A stretch of 63,812 nucleotides of DNA, counting the filler, from an uncultured bacterium (GTDB lineage: Bacteria > CAZSTA01), in the NCBI GenBank assembly GCA_964609495.1. It is 3 parts of 3 records of this genome, joined end to end, with 100 filler letters (N's around TTAATTAATTAA, not from the genome) between each part and the next. Parts side by side here need not be neighbours in the genome. Positions count along the whole stretch, not along the records: positions 21,987 to 43,225 come from CAZSTA010000042.1; 2 more parts are not named here. One strand, 5' to 3'. Below, one piece after another: positions 29,852 to 39,479 of this stretch. The first letter of the stretch is position 1, and every line of letters starts with the position of its first letter. The translations under genes were made by a program, and so were the position numbers. The notes beneath the pieces are model-generated. The model saw only the letters and a program-made list of their open reading frames with translations. It searched no databases and was not told where the DNA came from.

Positions 29852-32509
29852 ATGGCTAAAAGTAAAAAAGGAGTCTACTTTTTCGGAGAGGGAGAGGCCT
29901 CGATGAAGGGGCTCCTCGGTGGTAAGGGAGCTAATTTATCAGAGATGACGAGGATCGGATTGCCGGTTCCTTCTGGCTTCACTATAACTACCGAGGTATG
30001 CAACGAGTACGTGAAATTGGGGAATAAATTCCCTGAAGGTTTGATGGACGACGTTATGGAGAATCTGAAGAGATTAGAGGAGAAGATGGGGAAGAAGTTG
30101 GGCGATAAGGACAATCCTCTTCTCGTATCGGTTCGTTCTGGAGCTAAATTCTCTATGCCTGGTATGATGGACACGGTTTTGAACCTTGGTCTCAACGACG
30201 AATCTATACAAGGATTGATCAAGCAAACCGGTAACGAGCGTTTCGCCTATGATGCCTATCGCCGCTTCATAATGATGTTCTCCAACATCGTTATGGGAAT
30301 GGACAGAGGGAAGTTCGAGGAGTTAATGGATAGGATGAAGGAGGAGAGAGGGGCAAAACTCGATACCGATCTTACTGCTGAGGATCTAAAAGAATTGGTA
30401 AAACAATACAAAGAGTTATATAAAAAGGAGCAGCATTCCGATTTTCCCACCGAGCCAATAGAGCAGTTGAAGAGGGCGATCGCCGCGGTATTCGACTCCT
30501 GGAATAATCCTCGAGCTATCACCTATCGTAACCGAGAGAAGATACCTCACGATTTAGGAACCGCAATTAACGTTCAAACTATGGTCTTCGGTAATATGGG
30601 CGAGGACTCCGGGACGGGAGTGGCTTTCACTCGTGACCCCGCGACTGGAGAGAATAAGATCTTCGGCGAGTACTTGATGAACGCTCAAGGTGAAGATGTG
30701 GTGGCTGGAGTTAGAACTCCTGTTCCCATAAGCGAATTAGAGAAGCAGAACTCTGACATCTATAAGCAGTTCGCCGATACCTGCGATATCCTTGAAAAAC
30801 ACTATAAAGAGGTTATGGATATAGAGTTTACTATTGAGCAGAGCAAGTTTTATATGTTGCAGTGCCGAGTGGGGAAGAGAACGGCTTCGGCCGCGGTCGA
30901 GATCGCGGTGGAAATGGTGCATGAGGGCTTGATCGATAAGGAAGAGGCTCTAATGAGGGTCAAACCTGAGCAAGTAGATCAGTTACTTCACCGCCAGATC
31001 GATCCCGAGGCTGATTTAGAGGAGATCGCCACGGGAGTAGCCGCCTCCCCAGGAGCCGCTTCTGGAGCAGCTTATTTTGACGCTGATTCCGCGGCTGAAC
31101 ATAGTGAGACAGAGAAGGTGATCCTAGTTCGCCCTGAAACCAATCCTGATGATATCCATGGTCTTCTCGCCTCTCAGGGAGTATTAACTGCTCGAGGTGG
31201 AATGACCTCCCACGCGGCCGTGGTGGCCAGGGGCTTTGGTATCCCTGCGGTGGTGGGTTGTGAAGCTATCTCTATCGATATGAACAAGAGAACTTTCTCG
31301 GTGAACGGGGTTAATGTCAAGGAAGGAGATATCCTCACCATCGATGGTTCAACTGGTAGAGTATTCGTTGGCGAAGTTCCTACGATCGAGCCTCAGGTCT
31401 CTGGAGAGTTTGAGGAATTCCTCAGATTTGCCAATGAGGTCAAGAGATTGGGAGTGAGAACTAATGCTGATAACCCTGCTGATGCCAAGAAAGCCTTTGA
31501 CTTCGGAGCTGAGGGTATCGGACTCTGCCGCACCGAGCATATGTTCTTTCAGGATCGTCTGCCTATAGTCCAGAGGATGATCTTGGCTGACACCGTGAAG
31601 GAACGTAAAGAGGCTCTTGATAAGCTTCTGCCTATGCAGAAGGAGGACTTCGTTGGTATCTTCAAAGCTATGCAGGGTCGTCCAGTTACCATTCGTTTAC
31701 TCGATCCACCTCTTCATGAGTTTCTACCCAGATACGATGAGCTTTTGGAGGAGATCATCACCTTACGTATTAAGTCTCCTGATTCCGAGGAACTGAAGGA
31801 GAAGGAGAAGATGTTAGGCGAGGTCGAGGCTAGACGAGAGATGAATCCAATGCTTGGATTGCGTGGTTGTCGTCTAGGGCTTCTCTTCCCTGAGATCAGC
31901 GAGATGCAGGTTCGCGCTATCTTCGAGGCTGCGGTTGAGCTAGCTAAGAATGGTGAAGAAGTTCATCCCGAGGTTATGATCCCTCTAATCTGTCATGTAA
32001 ATGAGCTAAAGACCGCTCGCGATCAATTGGAGAAGGTTGCTAAAGAGGTTATGGATGAGGCGGGAGTTCAGCTTGATTACGCTTTTGGAACTATGATCGA
32101 GATTCCGAGAGCCGCTCTTACTTCTGATGAGATCGCCGAATATGCTCAGTTCTTCTCATTTGGGACGAACGATCTGACTCAGACTACCTTTGGCTTCTCC
32201 AGAGATGATGCCGAAGGTAAGATCATCGTTCCTTACGTAGAGAAGGGAATCCTTCCCAATAATCCCTTCGAGGTTATAGATCGAAAGGGTGTTGGTAAAT
32301 TGATGAAGATCTGCGTAGATCAAGCTAAGGAAGTCAACCCCGACATCAAGCTTGGTATTTGTGGTGAGCATGGGGGAGAGCCTAACTCCGTGGAGTTCTG
32401 TCATCAGATTGGTCTGACTTATGTCTCCTGCTCGCCTTTCCGAGTCCCCATCGCTAGATTAGCTGCTGCTCAGGCGGCTATCAAGGAGAAGAGGGGAGAG
32501 CTAGATTAA
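29852..32509 (+). CDS. ppdK: Pyruvate phosphate dikinase
   Basis: LGGKGANL, PLLVSVRSGA, GGMTSHAAVVARG, GIGLCRTEHMF, FSFGTNDLTQ, GICGEHGG. Confidence 0.98.
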   Translation: MAKSKKGVYFFGEGEASMKGLLGGKGANLSEMTRIGLPVPSGFTITTEVCNEYVKLGNKFPEGLMDDVMENLKRLEEKMGKKLGDKDNPLLVSVRSGAKFSMPGMMDTVLNLGLNDESIQGLIKQTGNERFAYDAYRRFIMMFSNIVMGMDRGKFEELMDRMKEERGAKLDTDLTAEDLKELVKQYKELYKKEQHSDFPTEPIEQLKRAIAAVFDSWNNPRAITYRNREKIPHDLGTAINVQTMVFGNMGEDSGTGVAFTRDPATGENKIFGEYLMNAQGEDVVAGVRTPVPISELEKQNSDIYKQFADTCDILEKHYKEVMDIEFTIEQSKFYMLQCRVGKRTASAAVEIAVEMVHEGLIDKEEALMRVKPEQVDQLLHRQIDPEADLEEIATGVAASPGAASGAAYFDADSAAEHSETEKVILVRPETNPDDIHGLLASQGVLTARGGMTSHAAVVARGFGIPAVVGCEAISIDMNKRTFSVNGVNVKEGDILTIDGSTGRVFVGEVPTIEPQVSGEFEEFLRFANEVKRLGVRTNADNPADAKKAFDFGAEGIGLCRTEHMFFQDRLPIVQRMILADTVKERKEALDKLLPMQKEDFVGIFKAMQGRPVTIRLLDPPLHEFLPRYDELLEEIITLRIKSPDSEELKEKEKMLGEVEARREMNPMLGLRGCRLGLLFPEISEMQVRAIFEAAVELAKNGEEVHPEVMIPLICHVNELKTARDQLEKVAKEVMDEAGVQLDYAFGTMIEIPRAALTSDEIAEYAQFFSFGTNDLTQTTFGFSRDDAEGKIIVPYVEKGILPNNPFEVIDRKGVGKLMKICVDQAKEVNPDIKLGICGEHGGEPNSVEFCHQIGLTYVSCSPFRVPIARLAAAQAAIKEKRGELD

Positions 32510-32549
32510 GTTCCGAAAAGTGATTTCACGGGTGTCGGGAGAGCCGACA

Positions 32550-32681
32550 GTAGGGGAACTTTTTTACCTTAAGCTTTATTTAAAGCAAAAGTTCCCTTAC
32601 CCCTTGATTTCGCTTCCTTGAGGAATGTTTAAAGGGAACTTTTTAACCTTGAGTTTTATTTGAAGCAAAAGTCCGCCTTTA
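32550..32681. repeat. Two family B palindromes (32550-32600, 32630-32681)
   Basis: GGGAACTTTTT..CCTT[AG]AG.TTTATTT.AAGCAAAAGT.C core in both copies. Confidence 0.85.
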
Positions 32682-32695
32682 TTGAGAGTTGAGGA

Positions 32696-34465
32696 ATGTT
32701 GAACCTTGAAAAATTATCGATTATAATAGCGATTTTATTCTTAACCCTTATTAATATAGAAGGGGTAGAGGGAAGGCTTTCTTCCCCTCATATAGCAGAG
32801 GCTGCTGAACCGATTATCACCGATATAGCTATAGAGGGTAATATGAGAGTAAGCTCTGAGTTAATCCTAGCCGCCACTAGATATATCTCAGTAGGGAAGA
32901 GGCTATCTATGAAGGGGCTCAGCGGTGATCTCGATTCTATCCGTTCTTTAGGCTATTTCCGAAAGGTAGATGTGGAGATAGTCCCTCGGGAAAAAGGGGT
33001 AAAGCTTATATTAAAGGTCAAGGAGAATCCAATCATTAGTGATATCCTTTGGGAGGGAAATGAGAATATATCATCTGAGGAGTTGCAAGAAGTAATCTCT
33101 ACTGAGGTAGGAAGGATATTAAATAGTCAAAGACTCGAGGAGGATTTAGATAATATCATAGCTCTCTATAAAGAAAGGGGCTATCCTTATGCTCAGATCT
33201 TAAGCGCCAACTGGGACGAGGAGGGAGTATTAACTATAAGGATCGCTGAGGGGAATATCGAGAGTATAGAGATAATCGGCAATAAGAGGACTAAGAGTTA
33301 TGTTATCAAACAGATATTAACCTTGAAGCCCCAAAGGGTGATTAAGCAGGAGGAGTTAGAGGAGAGTATAAGAAGGGTATATGAACTTGGTTTCTTCAGA
33401 GATGTAGAGATCAATATTGAGCCGACGGAGAAGAAAGGGAATTTTAAGGCTATAATCGGAGTTAAAGAGAAGGAGACCGGAAGCATTGGCTTTGGAATAG
33501 ATTATGGCACTCATCAAAGATTCTTCGGATTTATAGAGTATAGAGAGGATAATTTATTAGGTGAGGGGAAAAAAGCTCTGATACATCTGGAGTTTGGGAG
33601 CGGTTTAGACGGAGAGATCAAGTTTGAAGAGCCTAGAAGATGGGGATCTTATAATATCTTTATCAGTGCAGGTGCTATAGGTAGAATTACGGAGAGTTAT
33701 CTTGAAGGCGAGTATAAATATAAGTTAGAGGAGAGAATAGTTTCGCTATCGCTTGGTAAACCTATATCCGAAGTTTCGACTATATCCTTAGGATATGAGA
33801 TCAAGAATGTAAAGATACTCGAAGCAGATCAGGAGGAAGGGGAATTTAGACCTACCGAGGGGCAATCTAATAGCTTGACCCTATCTTATAATAGAGAGCC
33901 GAGGTATTCATCTCGGAGTTATATTTTAACTCGCTCCAGTGGGATATCCTCTCGTTCGATGGTGGAGGGGTATAGAGAGCGCATTTCTTATGAGATAGCA
34001 GGAGGTTTTCTCGGAGGAGATTTTAATTTTTCTAAATTCACCTATGAGTTGCAGAGAGTAACTCGTTTGAAAGTTGAGCAAGAGAGGAGGAGCCCTCCCC
34101 CTGAGGTTGCCTATCGGTTTAAATATGGATATGGAACAAAGAATCTTCCCGATTATGAGCTCTATCAGATAGGGGAGAGGGGACAGGTGATTAGAGGCTG
34201 TTTTGAATCTAAAGGGGAGCGAATAACATTACTCAATGGAGAATATAGATATCCACTAGATGGTAATTTTCAATTAGTTGGTTTTACCGATATGGGCAAT
34301 ACTTGGAATGAGGCTGATAGTGATCTTATTCCTCCGAGGTTGAAATTAGGTATAGGATTAGGGATCCGCTATATAACTCCCTTCGATTTTCTGATCCGTA
34401 TGGATTATGGGATAGGTGAAGCTAGGGGAGGAATGTTGTATTTAAGCATAGGTAACATATTTTGA
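32696..34465 (+). CDS. BamA/Omp85-family outer membrane protein (3 POTRA-like domains plus barrel)
   Basis: IEGNMRV, WEGNENI and IIGNKRT POTRA starts; NLLGEG; GIGLGIRY..TPF..IRMDYG; terminal F; upstream of skp and lpxD. Confidence 0.88.
   Translation: MLNLEKLSIIIAILFLTLINIEGVEGRLSSPHIAEAAEPIITDIAIEGNMRVSSELILAATRYISVGKRLSMKGLSGDLDSIRSLGYFRKVDVEIVPREKGVKLILKVKENPIISDILWEGNENISSEELQEVISTEVGRILNSQRLEEDLDNIIALYKERGYPYAQILSANWDEEGVLTIRIAEGNIESIEIIGNKRTKSYVIKQILTLKPQRVIKQEELEESIRRVYELGFFRDVEINIEPTEKKGNFKAIIGVKEKETGSIGFGIDYGTHQRFFGFIEYREDNLLGEGKKALIHLEFGSGLDGEIKFEEPRRWGSYNIFISAGAIGRITESYLEGEYKYKLEERIVSLSLGKPISEVSTISLGYEIKNVKILEADQEEGEFRPTEGQSNSLTLSYNREPRYSSRSYILTRSSGISSRSMVEGYRERISYEIAGGFLGGDFNFSKFTYELQRVTRLKVEQERRSPPPEVAYRFKYGYGTKNLPDYELYQIGERGQVIRGCFESKGERITLLNGEYRYPLDGNFQLVGFTDMGNTWNEADSDLIPPRLKLGIGLGIRYITPFDFLIRMDYGIGEARGGMLYLSIGNIF
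32750..32788 (+). repeat. Family A repeat in frame in the BamA signal-peptide region
   Basis: ATTAATATAGAAGGGGTAGAGGGAAGGCTTTCTTCCCCT = INIEGVEGRLSSP. Confidence 0.8.
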
Positions 34466-34496
34466 GATATTAGGTATCATCTGACAGGAGGCTAAA

Positions 34497-35066
34497 ATGT
34501 TAAGTAAGAAGAGGATATTTCTGCTCTTGAGTATGCTCCTCATTGGAGGTTTTTTCTCCGCTTTGGTATCGGCTGAGGCAGAACAGCAACCAGTTAAAAT
34601 AGGGGTTATTAACCTGGATAAGGCTCTCAAGGCTCATCCTAAATTCTCAGAGGTAGATGAAACTTTGAGGGATTTATTCGAAGAGCGTCAAGCTGAGCTA
34701 ACTAAGATGGGGGATGAGAGAGATGAGCTTGAGAAGAAGATCGAGGAAGGCACAGCTACTGCTGAGGAGAAAGATAAACTTGAGCAGATAAAGAAGACTG
34801 CCCAGAAATTACTCGATAAATACCAAGCTGAAATAGATACTAAGAAGGATGAGCTGGTAGGTAAATTATTGGTGGATATTATGAGTGCTATCAAACAAGT
34901 GGGCGAAGAGGAGAGCTATGGACTTATAGTTCAAGAGATGATAGGTGAGATACAGTATATCGTCTATTTCGATAACTCTTTGGATATAACCGATAAAGTT
35001 ATGGCTAAAGTTAAAGAGAATCTGGAGAGAGAGAAAGAATCAGAGAGCGAGGCAGAAGACAAGTAG
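34497..35066 (+). CDS. skp: OmpH/Skp periplasmic chaperone
   Basis: Signal peptide, KIGVINL, coiled coil, DITDKV; bamA-skp-lpxD synteny. Confidence 0.88.
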   Translation: MLSKKRIFLLLSMLLIGGFFSALVSAEAEQQPVKIGVINLDKALKAHPKFSEVDETLRDLFEERQAELTKMGDERDELEKKIEEGTATAEEKDKLEQIKKTAQKLLDKYQAEIDTKKDELVGKLLVDIMSAIKQVGEEESYGLIVQEMIGEIQYIVYFDNSLDITDKVMAKVKENLEREKESESEAEDK

Positions 35067-35088
35067 AATTTTATTTAAAGACAGAAGG

Positions 35089-35140
35089 AAAAGGAAACTT
35101 TTGAACCTTGAGTTTTGTTGTTGGCAGAAGTTTCCCTTTA
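35089..35140. repeat. Family B palindrome
   Basis: AAAAGGAAACTTTTGAACCTTGAGTTTTGTTGTTGGCAGAAGTTTCCCTTTA. Confidence 0.8.
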
Positions 35141-35159
35141 AGTAGCTTAGGAGGGAGTT

Positions 35160-36182
35160 ATGGAATTTTCCCTTCAGGAGATAGCCGAGGCTTTAGGGGG
35201 GGAGTTTAGAGGGGATGCTGGTCTCAAGTTAAAGGGGATATCCTCTCTGGAGGAGGCTCAGGAGGGGGATATAAGCCTTATCACTCGTCGCTCGAATCTG
35301 CCTCAGGCAGAGAAGAGCAGAGCTTCGGCTTTCATTGTAGCTGAGGATATCGAGATAAAGAAACCAATCATTCGGGTGGAGGATATCCGTTTGGCTATGA
35401 TTCGAGCTATTAACTTATTCAATCCTCCTTCTCGTTCGATATTAGGAATTCATCCTACTTGCAATATTGGTCAGAGGGTCAAGATCGGAGAAGGGGTAAC
35501 CTTAGGAGCTTATACTGTAGTGGGAGATGAAGTAGAGATCGGAGATAACGTTTTCATCCATCCCCAAGTTCACCTTGGAGATAGGGTCAAGATCGGAGGT
35601 GGCACTATCATCTATCCCCAGGTAACTATATATGAGCGGGTTACTATTGGAGAGGAAGTAATTATCCATAGTGGAACAGTAATCGGTAGTGATGGCTTCG
35701 GCTTCGTTTCAGTCGAGGGAGAGCATCGGAAGATCCCTCAGGTGGGAGAAGTGGCGATTGAGGATAAAGTGGAGATAGGCTCTAACGTCTCTATAGATCG
35801 AGCTACTTTAGGCACTACGAGGATCGGAAGAGGAACTAAGATAGATAACTTAGTTCAGATTGGACATAACGTTACTATCGGAAAGAACGTGATCATAGTT
35901 GCTCAAGTGGGGATATCGGGAAGCGTTACGATCGGAGATAACACGATCATAGCTGGACAAGTAGGATTCGCTGATCATCTAACTATAGGTGCTAATTCTG
36001 TAATCGGGGCAAAATCAGGGGTCCTTAAAAATCTTCCTCCTGGATCTTCTGTCTTAGGAAGCCCCGCCAGACCTCATATGGAACAGATGAGGATCTATGC
36101 GAGCTTAGGGCGGCTTCCTGAGATAGTGAAGGATATGAAGGGTTTGGAGAAGAGGGTGAGAAAGCTTGAGGGAGAAAAGTAG
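35160..36182 (+). CDS. lpxD: UDP-3-O-acylglucosamine N-acyltransferase
   Basis: Hexapeptide repeats, GSDGFGF, KIPQVG, IDRATLG, KIDNLVQIGHN. Confidence 0.96.
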   Translation: MEFSLQEIAEALGGEFRGDAGLKLKGISSLEEAQEGDISLITRRSNLPQAEKSRASAFIVAEDIEIKKPIIRVEDIRLAMIRAINLFNPPSRSILGIHPTCNIGQRVKIGEGVTLGAYTVVGDEVEIGDNVFIHPQVHLGDRVKIGGGTIIYPQVTIYERVTIGEEVIIHSGTVIGSDGFGFVSVEGEHRKIPQVGEVAIEDKVEIGSNVSIDRATLGTTRIGRGTKIDNLVQIGHNVTIGKNVIIVAQVGISGSVTIGDNTIIAGQVGFADHLTIGANSVIGAKSGVLKNLPPGSSVLGSPARPHMEQMRIYASLGRLPEIVKDMKGLEKRVRKLEGEK

Positions 36183-37046
36183 ATGAGAAGAAAGCAGAGA
36201 ACGATAGCCCAGGAGATATCCGTCTCAGGGATAGGATTGCACTCTGGAAAGAGGGTTTCTACAAGACTTTGTCCTGCTTCCCCCAATACTGGGGTTATCT
36301 TTATTCGTTCCGATCTAGAAGATTCTCCCCAGATAAGAGCTGTGGTAGAGAGGGTCGCAAGTACCGAGCGGAGTACTGATTTAGCCTCGAGTAATTCCGC
36401 GAGAATAAGGGGAGTTGAACATCTCCTAGCGGTGTTAAATGGTCTGAGCATAGATAATCTTCTCATCTATAGTGATTCTATTGAGTTACCTGCTATGGAT
36501 GGGAGTGCGCTTCCCTTCGCGGAGTTGATAAGTCGGGCTGGTATCGAAGAGCAAGGGGCAGAAGTGGAGATTTTATCCTTATCCTCACCAGTTTGGAGCG
36601 TAAGGGGAGGTAGTTATATAGTTGCTTTGCCCGACTCAACTGAGTTGAAGTTATCCTATCTGATCGATTTTACTCATCCGGCGATAGGGACTCAGTTTGG
36701 AGAGATATCGTTAGCTCCTGAGGTTGAGGTGAAGAGAGAGTTATTTTTCGCTGAGATCGCAGGGGCTCGAACCATCGGTTTTGAGGGAGAGGTAGAGATC
36801 CTGAGATCTAGAGGTCTCGCCCTGGGAGGAAGTCTAGATAACGCCTTGGTCTTTGGTAAGAATGGAGAGGTGCTTAATCCTAGTTTGAGATTCTCTGATG
36901 AACCAGTTAGACATAAATTATTAGATCTCATGGGAGATCTATATCTGGTGGGGTATAACTTTAATGCTCATATAATAGCTATTAAAGCAAGTCATTTCTT
37001 ACATATTGAGTTAGCCAGAAAGATAAGATCTATCCTCCCCCCATAA
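36183..37046 (+). CDS. lpxC: UDP-3-O-acyl-GlcNAc deacetylase
   Basis: GIGLHSG, VEHLLA, MDGSA, GLALGGSLDNA, RHKLLDLMGDL. Confidence 0.95.
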   Translation: MRRKQRTIAQEISVSGIGLHSGKRVSTRLCPASPNTGVIFIRSDLEDSPQIRAVVERVASTERSTDLASSNSARIRGVEHLLAVLNGLSIDNLLIYSDSIELPAMDGSALPFAELISRAGIEEQGAEVEILSLSSPVWSVRGGSYIVALPDSTELKLSYLIDFTHPAIGTQFGEISLAPEVEVKRELFFAEIAGARTIGFEGEVEILRSRGLALGGSLDNALVFGKNGEVLNPSLRFSDEPVRHKLLDLMGDLYLVGYNFNAHIIAIKASHFLHIELARKIRSILPP

Positions 37047-37084
37047 ATAAAATAGGAGGGGTAGAGGGGAGGATTCCTCCCCCT
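37043..37084 (+). repeat. Family A repeat overlapping the lpxC stop codon
   Basis: ATAAATAAAATAGGAGGGGTAGAGGGGAGGATTCCTCCCCCT. Confidence 0.85.
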
Positions 37085-37101
37085 ATAGGAGTGAATTCGA
37101 G

Positions 37102-37551
37102 ATGCTCGATATTCAAGGTATCAAGAGGGTCTTACCTCATCGCTATCCTTTCCTTCTAGTCGATAAGATCTTAGAGATCGAGAAAGGAAAGAGGGTAGTA
37201 GGGGTAAAAAATGTAACTATAAACGAAGCTTTTTTTAATGGACATTTTCCAGATCAACCTATTATGCCGGGGGTTTTGATCTTGGAAGCTATGGCTCAAG
37301 CGGGAGGAGTCTTGGTGTTGACTTCTGAGGGAAATGAGAATAAATACGCTTATCTCACGGGCATAGATAAAGCTAAGTTCAGAAAACCGGTAGTCCCAGG
37401 AGATCAGCTTTATACCGAGGTAATAGTTGTTCGATTGAAGGGAAATTATGGTAAGGTATCAGCTAGAGCCACAGTTGAAGATCAGGTGGTAGCAGAAGCC
37501 GAATTCTTCTTTATCTTAGCCGAAAAGGAGCAGATCGACGGGAAAAAATGA
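37102..37551 (+). CDS. fabZ: 3-hydroxyacyl-ACP dehydratase
   Basis: LPHRYPFLLVD, FFNGHFP, PGVLILEAMAQ. Confidence 0.97.
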   Translation: MLDIQGIKRVLPHRYPFLLVDKILEIEKGKRVVGVKNVTINEAFFNGHFPDQPIMPGVLILEAMAQAGGVLVLTSEGNENKYAYLTGIDKAKFRKPVVPGDQLYTEVIVVRLKGNYGKVSARATVEDQVVAEAEFFFILAEKEQIDGKK

Positions 37552-37583
37552 AAAGTAGAAATTGGAGAGGAAGAAGTTAGAAA

Positions 37584-38372
37584 GTGGATATACATAACAC
37601 AGCAATAGTGCATCCTAAGGCTCAATTGAGGGAGGAGGTTAAGATCGGACCATATTCGATCATCGGTGAGGGAGTGACTATTGGGGATAACACTCGAATC
37701 GAATCTCATGTCGTTATCAAGGGGAATATAACTATCGGGCGTAATTGTCGGATATATCCTCAAGTGGTGATCGGAGGAGAACCTCAGGACTTTGATTATC
37801 GTGGTGAAGAGACCTTTATAATAATTGGAGATGATAATATAATCCGAGAGGGAGTTACGATTCATCGAGCCAGCGGAGAGGGCAAAGCCACCAAGATCGG
37901 CGATGGTAATTTCCTGATGGCTTATTCACATATCGCTCATAATTGTCAAGTTGGCAATAAGACGATTATATCCAATCTAGGAAGTTTGGCGGGCTATTCG
38001 GTAGTCGAAGATCGAGCAGTAATCGGAGGGCTTGCTGGTGTTCACCAATTCACTAGGATAGGGAAACTCTGTATGATCGGTGGTTTGTCTAAGGTTGTTA
38101 AAGATATTCCTCCCTATACCATGGCTGATGGACATCCTGCTAAATTATGCGGTCTGAATATCATTGGTTTGAGGCGAGCGGGAATAACGAGCGAAGAGCG
38201 AGAGGCGATAAAGAAAGCCTTTAAGATATGGCATAATTCTAAAGTTAATCGGACGCAGGCGATCGAGCTTATAGAAAAGGAAGTTCCGCTTACTGCCGAG
38301 GTCGAACATTTCCTCGACTTCCTTAGAAATTCTGATTGGATCGGATCTAGGAGTAGGGGGATAGAGAAATAA
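37584..38372 (+). CDS. lpxA: UDP-GlcNAc O-acyltransferase
   Basis: Hexapeptide repeats, GGEPQD, IREGVTIHR, HIAHNC, VHQFTRIG, LNIIGLRR. Confidence 0.96.
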   Translation: MDIHNTAIVHPKAQLREEVKIGPYSIIGEGVTIGDNTRIESHVVIKGNITIGRNCRIYPQVVIGGEPQDFDYRGEETFIIIGDDNIIREGVTIHRASGEGKATKIGDGNFLMAYSHIAHNCQVGNKTIISNLGSLAGYSVVEDRAVIGGLAGVHQFTRIGKLCMIGGLSKVVKDIPPYTMADGHPAKLCGLNIIGLRRAGITSEEREAIKKAFKIWHNSKVNRTQAIELIEKEVPLTAEVEHFLDFLRNSDWIGSRSRGIEK

Positions 38373-38419
38373 ATAATTGAGCTGAACTCGAACCCAGAAT
38401 ACTTTGGGAGGATAATAAA

Positions 38420-39373
38420 GTGGAAGTTGTTAGAGTTGGAGTCGTTGGAGTTGGCAGGTGGGGAAGACATCATGCTAGAGTATATTCCGAACTTGAAGGG
38501 TGCAAGCTAGTTGGGTTAGTAGATCTGAGTTGGAAGAGAGCGAACGAGTTAGCGGAGAAGTATGACACAACGCCATATACTGATTTTTCCACCCTCTTTG
38601 GTAAAGTTGATGCGGTAAGCGTAGTGACTCCTCCCTCATCTCATTATATCATTGCTAGAGCCTTCTTAGTGGAAGGGATTAATGTTTTAGTCGATAAGCC
38701 GATGACCAGGACGATGGCCGAGGCTGATGAATTAGTAAAATTAGCCAAGGGAAATGGCCTAGTGCTTCAGGTCGGCCATATCGAGAGATTCAACTCGGCG
38801 GTGCAGAAGCTAAAGGATATCGTAGATAGTCCTATATTCATCGAATCTCATCGTTTGGGACCCCAGGCTCCTCAGGTTATGATGGAGATAGGGGTTGTCC
38901 TAGACCTAATGATTCATGATATAGATATAGTCTTAGATCTAGTGAACTCCGAGGTCCGAAAGGTTAATAGCGCTGGTTCATCGGTTGAAACTCCCTATGA
39001 GGATATAGCTACAGCTCAAGTTAGCTTCGCTAATGGGTGCATAGCGAACTTCACTGCTAGTCGTTTATCTATAGAGAAGAAGAGGAGCCTGGAAATAACT
39101 CAGAAGGATTCCTATATCTCTCTTGACTTTAGGGATCAGGATATTGAGATCAGTCGCTATGCTGATGATCCTTCTGCTAAGGACGATCTACTTTCTCGCA
39201 AGGTGGTCTCAGAGCGACCCTATTTATCCAGAAAGGAACCCCTCAAATTAGAATTAGCTGACTTCATCGATTGTGTTACATATAATAAGAAGCCCTTGGT
39301 CTCGGGAGAGGAAGGAAGAAGAGCCTTAAAAGTCGCTTTACAGGTGTTAGAGGGGATAGGGCTACAAAATTAA
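38420..39373 (+). CDS. Gfo/Idh/MocA oxidoreductase (GnnA-like, lpx-associated)
   Basis: GVGRWG, VDKPM, QVGHIERFN, VVLDLMIHDID, TASRLS. Confidence 0.85.
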   Translation: MEVVRVGVVGVGRWGRHHARVYSELEGCKLVGLVDLSWKRANELAEKYDTTPYTDFSTLFGKVDAVSVVTPPSSHYIIARAFLVEGINVLVDKPMTRTMAEADELVKLAKGNGLVLQVGHIERFNSAVQKLKDIVDSPIFIESHRLGPQAPQVMMEIGVVLDLMIHDIDIVLDLVNSEVRKVNSAGSSVETPYEDIATAQVSFANGCIANFTASRLSIEKKRSLEITQKDSYISLDFRDQDIEISRYADDPSAKDDLLSRKVVSERPYLSRKEPLKLELADFIDCVTYNKKPLVSGEEGRRALKVALQVLEGIGLQN

Positions 39374-39426
39374 GGGCAGGATTGTTCTTATAGGATGTTC
39401 TCATAATTATAATCCCAAGATAATTT

Positions 39427-39459
39427 AAAGTCCTCCTTGTCCTCAAGGGAGGACTTTTT
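39427..39459 (+). terminator. Intrinsic terminator
   Basis: AAAGTCCTCCTTG-TCCT-CAAGGGAGGACTTTTT. Confidence 0.75.
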
Positions 39460-39479
39460 CCTTAATAGGTAGTGAATAG

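Noticed and set aside
32550-32681. Two palindromic repeats about 30 bp apart as a mini CRISPR array
   Set aside because: The repeats are 51 bp, divergent and dispersed across the window in both orientations; no cas genes
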